DNA of 63,769 nt, the filler included, from Nemertoderma westbladi (taxonomy: Eukaryota > Animalia > Xenacoelomorpha), in the NCBI GenBank assembly GCA_032718475.1. It is 3 parts of 3 records of this genome, joined end to end, with 100 filler letters (N's around TTAATTAATTAA, not from the genome) between each part and the next. Parts side by side here need not be neighbours in the genome. Positions count along the whole stretch, not along the records: positions 1 to 18,069 come from JAUCBJ010007612.1; positions 18,170 to 36,546 come from JAUCBJ010003148.1; 1 more part is not named here. One strand, written 5' to 3'. The notes beneath the pieces were generated by a model. It was not told where the DNA came from and did not search any database. It was given only the letters and a program-made list of their open reading frames with translations. The position numbers were made by a program, and so were the translations under genes. Below are positions 12,933-25,270 of this stretch, in pieces (within the stretch, counting starts at the first letter, position 1; the number at the start of each line of letters is the position of its first letter).

Positions 12933-13256
12933 AAATGTTTTTCTCTTGTTTTCGTTTTCTTTCTTGCCTTTATATAATGTTATCCTACATAATCTCTCCC
13001 ATGCATAACTAACTATTTTATCTATTCTATAATAATGTAACTAATGGTAGACATACAAATATTATTTAGAACGGAATAAGAAAAGATAATAAAATAAGAA
13101 TTAATGTTTACTACACTACATATGTGGTCTTCATGCTTTTAACTTAGTGTCTATATTATTAGTGATTTATGTGACTATAAATTAAATGTCAGTTCTGGTT
13201 GTTCTAGTTCCATTCCTACTAAATATTAAATTTACATAGTAACACGGCATTACAAG
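12933..13256 (-). repeat. Right arm of ~330-bp inverted repeat (partner 2473-2804)
   Basis: Reverse complement match read directly. Confidence 0.93.
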
Positions 13257-13474
13257 CTTGGCATCAGACGGATTCGGAATCAGCACAGTCGATTTAGCTT
13301 AAAACCGTTGGATGCCAGCCATTACCCAAATTTGCCTTCGCCTTCATTATTAGGGCAAAAAGGAACCAGACTAATATATTCCAATCACAACCAATATGTA
13401 TGCAATAAATTTATCTCTGGTTGAAAACAAAATTAAACACAGAAAAAGTTATATAATAATTATTCTATTTAGAC

Positions 13475-16400
13475 TTAATCATCTAAATTATGTACAGCTG
13501 TAGTCAGGATATCAGCTATTTGACCCTGATTTGTGTCTCTCAGACATTGACAGAATGTAAGAAAATCGATGTATGACCTTCTAATTATCGCGTTGACCAG
13601 TTCATTATTCTTTGCCACTGTGGATTCCTTACTATTGATTGATTCAGCTATAGAATCCCTAAAAACTTGCTTCCTACAAAGTAATTTTATTACCAAGTTT
13701 GGTTCGACTCTATTAACTAATACAAACTTATATTTAGTTAGTATCAACACAAACTTTTTATCATTATCTGTTGTTTCACCCTCTAAAATATTTACAATAT
13801 GAGTTTGATATGTTTCCTTTAATCCTTCAATAAATATTTCGTAATTAATTTCTGTACCCCATTTTATTGCCTCCAATAAAGTCTTTATTTTACTGAATAC
13901 ATTTGGTTTCGAATTAATTATAGATAAAACATCCTGAGACAAACTTTGTTTACTTTCTAAGAAAATAATAAGTTCTAATATTTCTAGTTTATCTAGAAGT
14001 ACCTTTTCATTATACGTTATTTTCTTCCAATGCGAACTTAAATCACCTGTATATTTTTCTCTTATCAAGTTGCTGTCCATATGTTTATTAAACTTACATT
14101 CGACTTTATTATCTACAATATTGTCATCGAATTTAATAAAATGGAAACAAATTTCCTCCCTACAGTTAATTTCATTGTGCTGTTCGCATTTCGAATTACA
14201 TTCACATTTTATCTGAAAACAAAACGAGATGTTTTTTATTCGAAATTGTTTAAGGAATTCCTGCAATGAATTATTAAGATAATAAATCACTTTGTTGACC
14301 AGCTGTGGATCCGGTCTACTTTTACTTCCAGTTCTAATGATCAGTACTTTGACCCGATGCAATGAATTATCAGATCTTTCCAAGATAATCTCATGATTAC
14401 TATTTAAAAATATCTGAGCAACTCTGTGGTATAGTTTAGGCTGCATAACACAATCTCCTACAATGTAGAACAAATCTATAGTTCTCTTAATTAAACGGTA
14501 ATACAAACTTTCTGGCAAGAAACTATCGAATATTATATAAAATTCCAAGCTGGAATATTTTGGTACACACGGGTTAATATTTACTGGTTTCAGTCTACAC
14601 GGAACGTAATAGGATCGCTTTATATTTTTGTTCAAAGTTCCATTAATCTGGGGTGAAACTCTTTCACATAGTAAATCAAAACGTTCTAGAATATTCAACA
14701 TAAATTGTTTTTTATCAAGAACACCTTCCCACAGATAATCAATGAGTTCTTCATGTAATATACCATTGTCATCCAGGTCCTTCCAGAAAGTAAGATGTTG
14801 TTTCTTTATTTTGTCTTTAACAGTTATTATTTTGGTAAACATTCCACTCAACCATTCTGGGCTCAGTATAACAGTGTCTCTTAGATATTCATCATCAAAG
14901 TAAATTATTGTACCCAAATCGTGGTAAAATTCTAACATTGTTTTCAAACCAATGTCATTCATTTCTACATCAATATCATTTAACTTCACTTTCAAGTTGT
15001 CAATGTTAATATAAACTTTACCATTCTTTATTAATTGAGACACAAGTTGTTCAAATTTTAAATATTGCAGAGGTATTTCCTCTTTGAACCTAATCATTTC
15101 CTTGGCAATCTCTTGCTGCAAATTCTCCAGTTCTTCAGCGCTATCACTCACAATTTCTTTATTATTTTCTAATGCATAATATTCCTTTACTAAATTACAT
15201 GTAAGGTGTGTTTTATCTATATATTTGTTAATTGATTTAAAAATATTAGTTGCTAAAGTTGATTGAGTTCTAGAATCAGCATCTAAACTACCTTTATGAG
15301 TTCCGACTATATATACTGGTGGACCGACAACATTTGATGTTTTTTCATCAAAATTCGCACCAAATGAGTAAATACTCCTTAACCAAAAATCTATGAATTC
15401 AATATTGGTCATCTCACCATAAACTTTGATGTTGGTATTATCAGCTCTAACAATAACATCAGCTGTTTTATGGAGATCTTGTGTCAAATCAAATACAATT
15501 ATATAAATAGCTCGTCTGCTCAAAAATATCTGATGGGTTGTATAATAAATACATTGGCCACCAAAATCGACTATCTGTAGAGAAAAGCGACTGTCTTCCT
15601 CATTAAATTTAGCCAGAATATCTTCATGTTTACCAGAAAACAATATCTCTTCTACACGTTTGGATATGTTGGCAGGGATTTGTATTTCAGAGGAATCAAG
15701 TTTGGATTGAATATATCCTGTACCTTCTCTATGTCTAGTAATGCTTCCCTCTGTGACTCTGACTTCACCTTCATTACTGATCTGTTCTTTATTGCGTTTA
15801 ATTTTGGAAACTAACCTCCTCCACAAACTATCCTTTGAAACTTTCTCAAAACCTCCACTTGCAACTGTAATAGTAGATTCTGTAGGTTTAGTATCAGCAG
15901 CTGATAAAGAGGTTGACACTGAAGGTGTCGCAATCCCAATACCCATCGCTGAAGTTCTATAAATATCAGACTCATAATCTGCAAATTGTTTTCTTTCTAG
16001 AACAGTTTTAGCAATTTCCTTTGTAATAACGGTATCAACATCTGTCTCCATGTTATTTTTTTCTCTTAAGTTGGTCCAATGTGTGCTTTGTTCAGTATTT
16101 ATCTCACAGTTAGCAGACGAATCAATACCATCTGTTATTGGTTCATTCTTATCAAACGGTTGACCAATAAGGGCCTTCTTCAAACTAGTTTTACCAGCCC
16201 TCTCCTGTCCTACTAACATTAACCGGGTTTTCAGTATCCATGTAGCCCCTTTAGAAAGAGCTGCTTTATATGCAGCCAATGCTTCTGGGCCTCTCGCCAG
16301 TATCTCTATTGGTAGTTTTTGTTCTTTTATATAATTAATTAAAAGTTTTGGAACTTTCAGTGTACTTAATCCACTTGTAGTCAGAAGTCCCATGTCTCTG

Positions 16401-16731
16401 AATTTATTAACAATTTCCAGAGTCGAAACTTTATCTAAACCCCAAATCTTAAACAGATTCTGAGTTGTTAATTCAGAAATATCTGCATAATCCAGTCGAA
16501 AATAATGTTCTTTCTCCTTATCAGATAAAACATCAAGAGTAGATTTAATTATATTAGTTATCTTACCCTGAAGTGGTTTATTTATGGGACCAACCCATCC
16601 AATATACTCAACAATTTCCTTCAATTCTTTCGATTCCTCCAATTTATCTTCTACTTGTTTGATACTTTTCTTTCTTTCAGTTTGAACTTCAATTATCGTA
16701 TCAATTACTGTAACTGTGCCGCTATCATCTC
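13475..16731 (-). CDS. Roco-family protein (Roc GTPase + COR + two C-terminal CARD-like domains); large terminal exon, 5' exon(s) not seen
   Basis: Uninterrupted ORF >1050 aa. P-loop LMLVGQERAGKTS, ITDGID, DFGGQ.YYTTHQIFLS, IVGTHK; COR motifs LEFYHDLGTIIYF, VILSPEWL, YYVPCRL; two ~85-aa helical repeats ending GLKETYQTHIVNIL and CLRDTNQGQIADIL. The frame is open upstream of the TTG 'start' to a phase-1 acceptor (ttttttatatag|G) at 16731. Confidence 0.88.
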
Positions 16732-18069
16732 CTATATAAAAAATTATAATGTTGTTTATACTTATAATTATAAATAGTAATATTTAATTATTTGCTAAAA
16801 TATTAATATTTGTTAACAAAACATTCACAATAATGCAATGATACAAATATACAATAATGGCCCGTAATAATAGTGTCAATTTCAGATGACACGGATTCTC
16901 TTTATGCGTGGGGGTCTATGGGGGGAAATTTAAACGAGTATGATATTGAATTTTACAAAGTAAAACATTTTTTATCGATCAAATATAGGTCAGATTTGAT
17001 TAATTGATATTACCAATTAATGGGAACTGAACTATTCTTACAAATTTTATTACATGTAAAGATAGCTATACTTCGAAATGATATATAACAATTAATGGTT
17101 TGTGTTTAGAGAATAGCTTGCCAAGCGCGAGCTCGAGGCCGGATTAGACTTGGCTGCCGGCGTGCACATTTCAACAAGTCCCCCACCCTAGTATTTATAT
17201 CAGATAGTGATGCACTTTGACTGCAAGCGAAAATCGTGATCTTTAGCGCAAATTAACCACAAGTGAAATAATTGATAGTTTATTGATTTGGTTAGATAAT
17301 ACTGCCACTGTAACCTGCTCATTTCCCTTAATGTTTTTATTTAAATTAAATTATTTTTCAACCCAACTAAAATTTATTTTGCGTTTGCGGTTAATCTGCG
17401 CCATTGACTCATTTATATTATGCGTTTTCATTTTAAAACAATTAACTAATTATCAGAAAGTTGCAAAAACGTTTCTACGATTTTTCCCCTGTAATACACC
17501 ATGTCCCGTAATATAGTGTCATTTTCTGATAACACGGACCTCCACCCCCCAGCCGCGTAGCCAGGAATTTCCCACGGTAGGGTCCCAGACCCCAAATTGT
17601 AATTCATATTTATAGTAGTTGTGGGTGTGGGGGAAGAGCCCCCCCCCCCCCCCAGCGTAGTCCAGGTGTGATTGTTTGGAATTTTAACAAAATGCCCGCC
17701 ACACGTGATTAGTAATGTTTAGTAGGGTACGCAGCAAACTTCGCCAGCAGACAATCTTCTCCCGCGAACAACCATCGCCAACTAAACAATTATTGTTTTG
17801 GTTAGAAAAAGCCGTTTCTGTAACCTGCTCCTTACCTTAAATTGGTAACAACATCGTTTATTGTTTTGGTTAGAAGAAGCCGTCTCTGTAACCTGCTCCT
17901 TTCCCTTAATTGGTAACTAAAATGGTTACTAACACAAATCTTATTGGGCGAAGGTTGTTCGCGGTGGAAGATTGCCTTGCGGGCGAAGGTTTTCCCCGGG
18001 GTGAAGTGTGGACGCGGGCGAAAGTTGTACTCGGGCGAAGGTTGCACCCAACCTGTAGCCTGTAGTACA

Positions 18070-18169
18070 NNNNNNNNNNNNNNNNNNNNNNNNNNNNNNN
18101 NNNNNNNNNNNNNTTAATTAATTAANNNNNNNNNNNNNNNNNNNNNNNNNNNNNNNNNNNNNNNNNNNN
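18070..18169. other. Assembly linker/gap (N44-TTAATTAATTAA-N44)
   Basis: N runs around a six-frame stop 12-mer; identical construct at 36547-36646. Confidence 0.97.
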
Positions 18170-18365
18170 AACATTGGTTTTATTCACCTTCACTTCCTAA
18201 TTAATGAAAGAATTGATTACATTGAAATGCATAAAACGCTTAATTTATTCCTTTTAAGTTCTACAGTTGGATTTCAACATTGTTTGGGAGAGCTTTTAAT
18301 TCTACGGTAGTTCACGCCGCCGTATGTTAAATATCACCAGAATATAAAACAAACTGCCTCCCGTG

Positions 18366-18601
18366 CCGTGGCTGAATCAGGCCAATTTGAATACCTTTAT
18401 TTTCCTAAAATTACTAATGTATTAAAATTCACCTCAAAAAAATACAAATGTAATAAAATTAACCTCAAAAACGTTACTAATTACATTATTACATTAGTAA
18501 TTTTTTTGAGGTTAATTTTATTACATTATTTTATTATTATTACATTATTATTATTTTTTTAGTAAAATAAAGGTATTCAAATTGGCCTAACTCAGCCACG
18601 G
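18366..18601. mobile_element. Palindromic MITE-like element
   Basis: Ends ccgtggctgaatcaggccaatttgaatacctttatttt and aaaataaaggtattcaaattggcctaactcagccacgg are inverted; internal AT-rich inverted segments. Confidence 0.8.
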
Positions 18602-18820
18602 TACGGTTCAGGTACTCCCGGACTCCCGCCTAATTCTATTGTAATATTCAATCGCCTTAGCAGATTAATCACAATTAGTGAATGTGATTTGTGATTCACA
18701 GAAAAGAATAAATGATAATAATAATTATAAATAAATTATTGATTGACTACATAGTACAAAGTAGGCACAACATCAAAATCAGAGGATTGTTGAATTTCCC
18801 GCCATAAATACAAGCTTGTA

Positions 18821-18833
18821 GTTGCACGGCAAC
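18821..18833. promoter_or_regulatory. RFX X-box-like element upstream of the MYCBPAP-like gene
   Basis: GTTGCACGGCAAC, an imperfect palindrome matching the RFX consensus, ~430 nt before the ATG of a cilia-associated gene. Confidence 0.55.
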
Positions 18834-19260
18834 GCTGTCAACAACTTTTATTAACAGTAGGCCTAAACTGTATACAACACTTACACTCACACTGCCTGTT
18901 AGGTAGGCCATGTATGGCTTACTGTTCCAGTTGTAATGACATGGGATGGGGTAATAGTGATTTAAACAGCTTTAGTGTCCTTCTTAGCTTTAGGTGCCCT
19001 TTCTACAGATTGGGTTATGTTACAGTAATTCGGTTTTAAAGTTATTTGATAGGCCTAATTAAAGATTAGTACAGTACGGTAGTAAGACTGCAGTTTGTAA
19101 AAATTCAGCGCTGCGTATCCAATATTATATTATTGTTAAATTAGGTTTCATTTACAGTCAATAAAATAAAAGCTCCTTTGCAAAACAACATGTATAAAAT
19201 TATTGTAGGCTTCTTGTTACCGGTAGAAGAATAGCGGTGCTTTAGAGTTTGATATATTCC

Positions 19261-20934
19261 ATGGCGATGGCGGCGGAACAACCCAAGACCCCGCCAGTAA
19301 TCCGGGATAGATCGCGATCTAAAACCTTCAAATCATCAGCTTCCTTGGTGGCTGGAGCGACTAGACTCATGTCGAAATCGGGAAGCTCATTGGGGCGATC
19401 CCCAGACCCATCGATAGATCAGGTCGAACCAGTGGGAACTCCGAAGCTAAGGATCGAAGAAGAAGATTTAAGCAAATTGAGAAAACCTATTTTAAAGCCT
19501 TTGAAACCGACGAAACATGTGGCAGTTAGCAGACCTAAGCCTATGGGAAAACCGAAGAAAGCTATAACAGTGGCTATGGTTGCCCCGGAAAATTACGAAC
19601 CTAGAGATCCCACACCTTGCGCTATTACCGGGCCCCAATACGATCTGATGGGTAACATTCTTCCGTTCTCTATTCTCGGCTCCGTGGACGATTTCTTTAG
19701 CGAGGCTCAAACACGCGGCGAGTATCAATCAATAGTTCCCGCGGATACAGGGTTCATCCGAGCCACAACACCGAGCGTGCGAGCCGAATCGGTGCACCCA
19801 ATGCCGCCGCATAGAACGCTGAAGGACGAAGAAAAAGCGCTAAGCAACTGGATGGTCCACATGAAAGACCGCAAGAAACAGCAAGAGAGACTCGCGAAGA
19901 TGTTGGAATGCCCGACAGAGCATCTTGCAATGAATTCGGGTATCGATTACAGACAAAAACAAGAGGAAAGATACCTTATAGATCGAACTCTAGCGGGGAT
20001 AGATTATGGTAAAGGTTACAGAATTGGGAGCGAGTTTTGGGCTCTTCCAGAGAGGCTTGGAGGAGAGGATGGTATCGATTTCTGTTTGACCGAGACAGAA
20101 AAAGGATTTCCCCCACCTATAGAACACGTTTCGTTCCCTCAGACTATTAAGGAAGAGATGGGAGAGGCGTTTTCTCCAGGGCGTATTCCTACTGCTCAGA
20201 AACACTTCCACGATTCGGAGTTCAGAAGCGAGAGACTAGAATCTCTGGCGCCGCATATTAAAGAGATTTATCCCCATCAACCTGATGTTAATGGATTAAT
20301 CGTTATTGGGAATGAGTCTTTTAAACAAAGTAGTATAAATCTCAGTAAAAGTAAAAGCTCACATTCTAAGAGAGATGGAGCTTTTATAAGCGAACATTCT
20401 GTGGCATTCGATGACGTTATAGAGGCAGACGAAGGCGCGATTAGTGAGTCACCAACAAATCTCAAAGGGCCACATTTATTGTTAGGAGAAACACAAACCT
20501 CTTGGGGAGGAAACTCTAACTCTAGAAAGGGGAGTTTCGGGCCAGAAATTCGAGTTAATTTCAAGTGTTTTTCTGGTTCGAGTGTCGTTGAGGACCTGAA
20601 AATCATTAACAACGGTTCGACTGTCATAAAAGTAGATTGGAAGAGGCAAGAGTCAGGTAATTTGTACAAGAACCCGTTTTACAATGTACAACGGTTTTAT
20701 TACAATACCGACACATCTATTCTAGTTCCTAATCAATCTATAGAATTCCCTTTCGTTTTTAAATCGCCTAATTCTGGAATTTTCACCGAGTCCTGGACTC
20801 TGGAGACCACACCTGTTCTAGAATGCGGCTCTACTATTACAGTTACGCTACGGGGTATTGCCTTAGAGGAGGACATTCTAGAACCTGATCGCGATGAAAT
20901 CGAGAAAATCTTAGAAAGTCAAAGGAAATTACAG
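19261..20934 (+). CDS. MYCBPAP: MYCBP-associated protein, coding exon 1 (558 codons)
   Basis: Motifs GPQYDLMGNILPFSILGS, ALSNW..MKDRKKQQ, MNSG.DYRQKQEERYLIDR, GSEFW, RFYY...FPFVFKSPNSGIFTESW. First ATG at 19261; phase-0 donor CAG|GTGTGT at 20934/20935. Confidence 0.85.
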
Positions 20935-21995
20935 GTGTGTATTTTTTTTTGAGTTTTGAACGAGTATTGAATTGAGTTTGTTATTTAATATATTTGTGGT
21001 CTTAATGTCTTAAGTCTTAATGGTAAGTGCAGGAAATTTAAACTTAAATCATAAAGTGACAATTACTTGGGAAAACTACTACTTTTCGTTTACTTTTGTC
21101 ACTATTCTCTGGGTGTTTTATTTAACGCGCGCCATGACTGAGGCGAATAATTATTCCTGAGAATATTGAGGTATTTTTTTTATTAAAATTTTACGTATTA
21201 TTATGCTTGATGCTTTAAAATAAAATATAAAGGAATAATATTATAATATAAAGACTATATTTAATTATTATAAAATGCTGCCTTTCTCAATGTAAATTAA
21301 TTTAAAGTTTGAATATTTATGATGTAAGTATAGAGCAGTTATAGAGCAGTTATAGAGCAGTTGAAATTACAAAAATTACACCATCCAAAAGACGTCACTA
21401 TATTTAGGTACGACTGTTAACGCGTGTGTGACACGCGTGGCGTAGTGACATATTGGGAAGTGACATCTTGGGAAATAACGTGGGAATGGAAAATATATTG
21501 GAATTTTTATTCTACCAAAATTAAATAAATATACAATATACTGCCTCCCTTAAATCGGTCCCTGGGAACAGGTTATAGTGGCACGTTAATCTAACCAAAA
21601 CAATAAACTAAAGTCAATAGAACAGGTTACAGTTTTATTTAGAGAGTAATCAGCTGTTATTTGCGTCGATTTATCCTGGAAAGGGGACTTTTGATTGCGT
21701 CGAGAGTCCCCCCTTATCTGGGTTATAGGAGTCGGCGTGCCGACACTATTTAGTGTGGAATTGATTTTAAACCTTTTTCTACATTCAACATAATATGTCA
21801 TAAAATCTTATAAAGATATTTTCCTTATATATTAATTTTCTTTTTTTCTCCCGATTTTGAAGTAATAAAATTTTGTTTAAGAATTATCTGTAACGTTATG
21901 TAATTAACGGTAGACCGTTATATTATACCAATATCTGTCTGTAACGGTATTTCTGACCGAGTTAACTATCGTTTGTTTCCAAAACAATGTTACAG

Positions 21996-22913
21996 GTTGT
22001 GCGACGGATTCTGGATGACGTCATAAACGGAGTTCAGGAACGCGACCGTCCGAGGTCCCCCGTCGACGCCTATATAACGACGGCCGAGAGGTTCGAGAGA
22101 TTCAACCCGGGCACCGTCTACATGAACGAGACGGTCAATGAATTGTCTAACATCTACAACGAGCTACTACCTAAAGAGGACGAAGTCCAAGATGAATGCT
22201 CTATGAAAGAAACAACCGTAAAGGATTCGCAATGGAGTTTGAGTTTGGATGATTTATTCGAAGTTGTAGACAAAGTTGTAGACGATAAAGAAAGGGAGAA
22301 GGTTTTCAAGAAAGTCCACAGTTTATGTTATACCCTGATGCACAAACCGGTAGTTGTTACAAGCGATCAAACAAGGTATAATGTTTGTTACGGTTTGTTA
22401 GTTAAGGCCATAGACGATATGGTCAACTATTCGCACGACATTAAATATACAAATAAAATCCCTGCGGTGGATCTTAACTTGCCGGCCGATGTCCCTAATA
22501 AACCATTAGGGACGCTGCAGAAGCTACGGGAGAGAGAGGACGCGAAGCGGAAGGCCAAGGGTGACCCTGTTGGTGTTGGTAAGAAAGATAAAGGTAAAGA
22601 CAAAGGGAAGGCTAGACCTACAAGTAAATCTGGGAAGGCGGCTACACCGGCGAGAGAGACCCCATCAAAAAGCCCCGTTAAGGAAGGCACCCCTGTTGGA
22701 GAACTCGACGGAGCTAATGGTACAGCAGAGGCCTCTATTGAACTCATAGATGAACAACCCATAGAGTTTAAAACTCCAGAGAAAGAGGTGGTCTCGCATT
22801 ATTACGAGACTATTTATTTATACATGTATGAGAGAATGAGGAGGTTTGGTGATCGGTTGGGCCCATCGCTGGAAGATGTTTGTTGTAGTTCTGACTCGAA
22901 ATATCTGTTGTAA
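21996..22913 (+). CDS. MYCBPAP: MYCBP-associated protein, coding exon 2 (to stop; spliced product ~863 aa)
   Basis: Phase-0 acceptor ttacag|GTT continues the frame (..RKLQ|VVRRILDDVING..RPRSPVDAYIT); K-rich C-terminal tract; TAA ends at 22913. Confidence 0.82.
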   Translation, partial: VVRRILDDVINGVQERDRPRSPVDAYITTAERFERFNPGTVYMNETVNELSNIYNELLPKEDEVQDECSMKETTVKDSQWSLSLDDLFEVVDKVVDDKEREKVFKKVHSLCYTLMHKPVVVTSDQTRYNVCYGLLVKAIDDMVNYSHDIKYTNKIPAVDLNLPADVPNKPLGTLQKLREREDAKRKAKGDPVGVGKKDKGKDKGKARPTSKSGKAATPARETPSKSPVKEGTPVGELDGANGTAEASIELIDEQPIEFKTPEKEVVSHYYETIYLYMYERMRRFGDRLGPSLEDVCCSSDSKYLL

Positions 22914-23989
22914 TTTGGAAATGTTACGTGATACTAAGGTAATATGTATTGTATATCTGTATATAAATTTGTAAATATATTGAATTATTTCAGAAATTTG
23001 TAAATTATTATTTAATTAATTAATAACTTATTAATTACGATGAATGTGTCTCTTAGGAATAGTTTATTTAATCTACACGACCCGTAATAATGCCGATGTA
23101 TCATATCTGGCCTCCCAGAGTTTCCTTTTTTTGTCCATTTTCACACATTTTTTTCCTTTTTTTTTGGTTCAGAAGATCAACTTCAGCTTGCTGTTGATAT
23201 TGACAAGGTTATAACAGAGACTGACGGGCTTAATACAGTAATAATGTCGATTTTTATTTTGACAAAAATTACAAGCTAAGCTTCCATAAAAATGTAGCAG
23301 TGGAGGGAACTTTAATATATTTATTTTCTGAGGGGGATATATTATAATTGACACAAAACACACCTTAGAGAATTAACATTGTTGATTTTCAATTTAGGGA
23401 AAGGAACAATATTATAACCAAAACAATAAAAGAAAGCCTATAACACGGTTACAGTTTCATTTTGCTCCTAATCACCTATTATTTGCATCCGTTTTCCCCT
23501 GGAGATGGTTGAATTCTGATTGCGTCTAAAAGCATTTTTGTTATTTATATAAATGTAGCCACGACCGGAAATCCGTACCGGTACCAAAGGTTTTATATCA
23601 CTTTCAAAATAAAGTTCTATTTACAATCGTTTGATAAACCTCTATCAATGACTATCAATCGGCCGAGCTCAACCATATCTGATAACTAGGCCAAAAAGTT
23701 GAAACTTTCATTGATATGTTGATTTATAATAATTGTATTGCCATTGTCGTTCTCTTTCTGTGTTTCTACTATTTAACTTACTTTGATCTATTCCTGTCAT
23801 TTAATACAGTGACGTTTCTTTATAGGCCTATACAGTATAAGGTTAATGAAATAATGTTTACTATCCTTTTTTATAGATAATATCAATTCAGTATTTCCCT
23901 TTTTTGAAACGTATCCGATCCTTTTTGTCCTTTTTTTTTGAAAATATAAATTAATTTTTTTGATCGATTTTTTTGGCTGAGGGGGTCAA

Positions 23990-25270
23990 AATGGAAACAC
24001 CTCCAGGAGACAGTTGATGCAAATAACAATTTCCCTCAAAAAAATAATTGATTTTGTACTTAATTAGCTCTATCTACGTAATCTTTATAGAAATATGACG
24101 TGCGAACATGTATCAAATACTTTGTTTACAAAAACACCAAACTAATTAATGATGAATTAGGATTGTTTTTTTAAATCTTCACATTAATTCTTTGAAATGA
24201 GTTTCAACTAATCCGACTTCTTGGCCGAAAGAAAAACCATTCTGAGATAAAGCCATTTAAAGTTTTCAAACCTTCCTGCCATTTTATGTTAAATGGAGGG
24301 ATAATTCAAATTATTTTAAAAAAATAAGGAAGAATACTTCTTAACTAAAATTTTCGATATGGGGGTTTTCTGGGGTGGTGATTGCATTTCCGATGTCAGT
24401 TTTCACGTTTGGTAAATTCCAGATTGTCAGTCTGTCTGTTTATCGGACAATCTGTCTGTCTGTCAGTCAATAATTAAGGAAACACACTACCGAACTGAAA
24501 TTTAGGTTATGGGGGTTTTCCTAGTCGGTGATTTCAATACCGGTGTTAGTTTTAAAGTTTGAAGAATTCAAGACTGTCTAATTGTCAGTCTGTCTGTTTA
24601 TCAGGCAATCTGTCCGTCTGTCAGTTGAAATTTAGGAAAGGACACGACATCGCTAATAATTGAGTTAAAGGGGTTTTCCTGGTCGGCGATTTCCCATTTC
24701 TGATGTCAATATTTAAATATAATGGCTTTGTGTTGGTCTGTATTCATGTCGGTCTGTCCGTCAAAATATATCAGACAGACAGACAGCCGAATAGACCATC
24801 TAAAATCCTTTAACCGTTAAAACGGACATAAGAAATGGAATCATAGACCAGGAAAACCTCTACAACAATATTTTCAGTTGTGTATTTTGTTCGTTATTTT
24901 TGACTGACAGACAGGCCAACAGACAGAAAGACAGACAGACAGATAGACATTCAGGCAGGCAGGCAGAATGACAGACAATCTAGAATACATGAAACATTAA
25001 AACTGACATTATAAATGGGATCACTAAACGGGAAAAGTCCTGTAGCGAAAATTGTACATTGCATGTATTTCTTAAATTTGTCAGACTGACCGGCTGACTG
25101 ACAAACAGACAGCTACAGTATAACTCGAGAACTAAAAGAGATCTCGCTATGTCGTTTTCAGTTTTGAATTCGCCATTTAAATTTGATCCAGAATCGGTAA
25201 AAAAAAATTAGATTTTTTTAAATCTTGACCACAAACACTTAAGCCCTTTAGAAACTTTATCAACCCCGCT
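23990..25270 (-). mobile_element. Non-autonomous DNA-transposon-like repeat with internal direct and inverted subrepeats; related to 31890-32785
   Basis: Repeated ggggttttc..ggtgatt..tgtcagtttt..gtctgtctgt blocks (24360, 24510, 24670) then inverted copies. actcgagaactaaaagagatctc (25122) matches gagacctctttcagttctcgagt (32001) in reverse. Boundaries approximate. Confidence 0.55.

Noticed and set aside
18114-18125. TTAATTAATTAA palindrome within N runs (also 36591-36602)
   Set aside because: Six-frame-stop linker added during assembly or concatenation; not biological.
16731-19261. Head-to-head Roco/MYCBPAP pair with a bidirectional promoter
   Set aside because: An artificial N-linker at 18070-18169 separates them, so adjacency is unverified.
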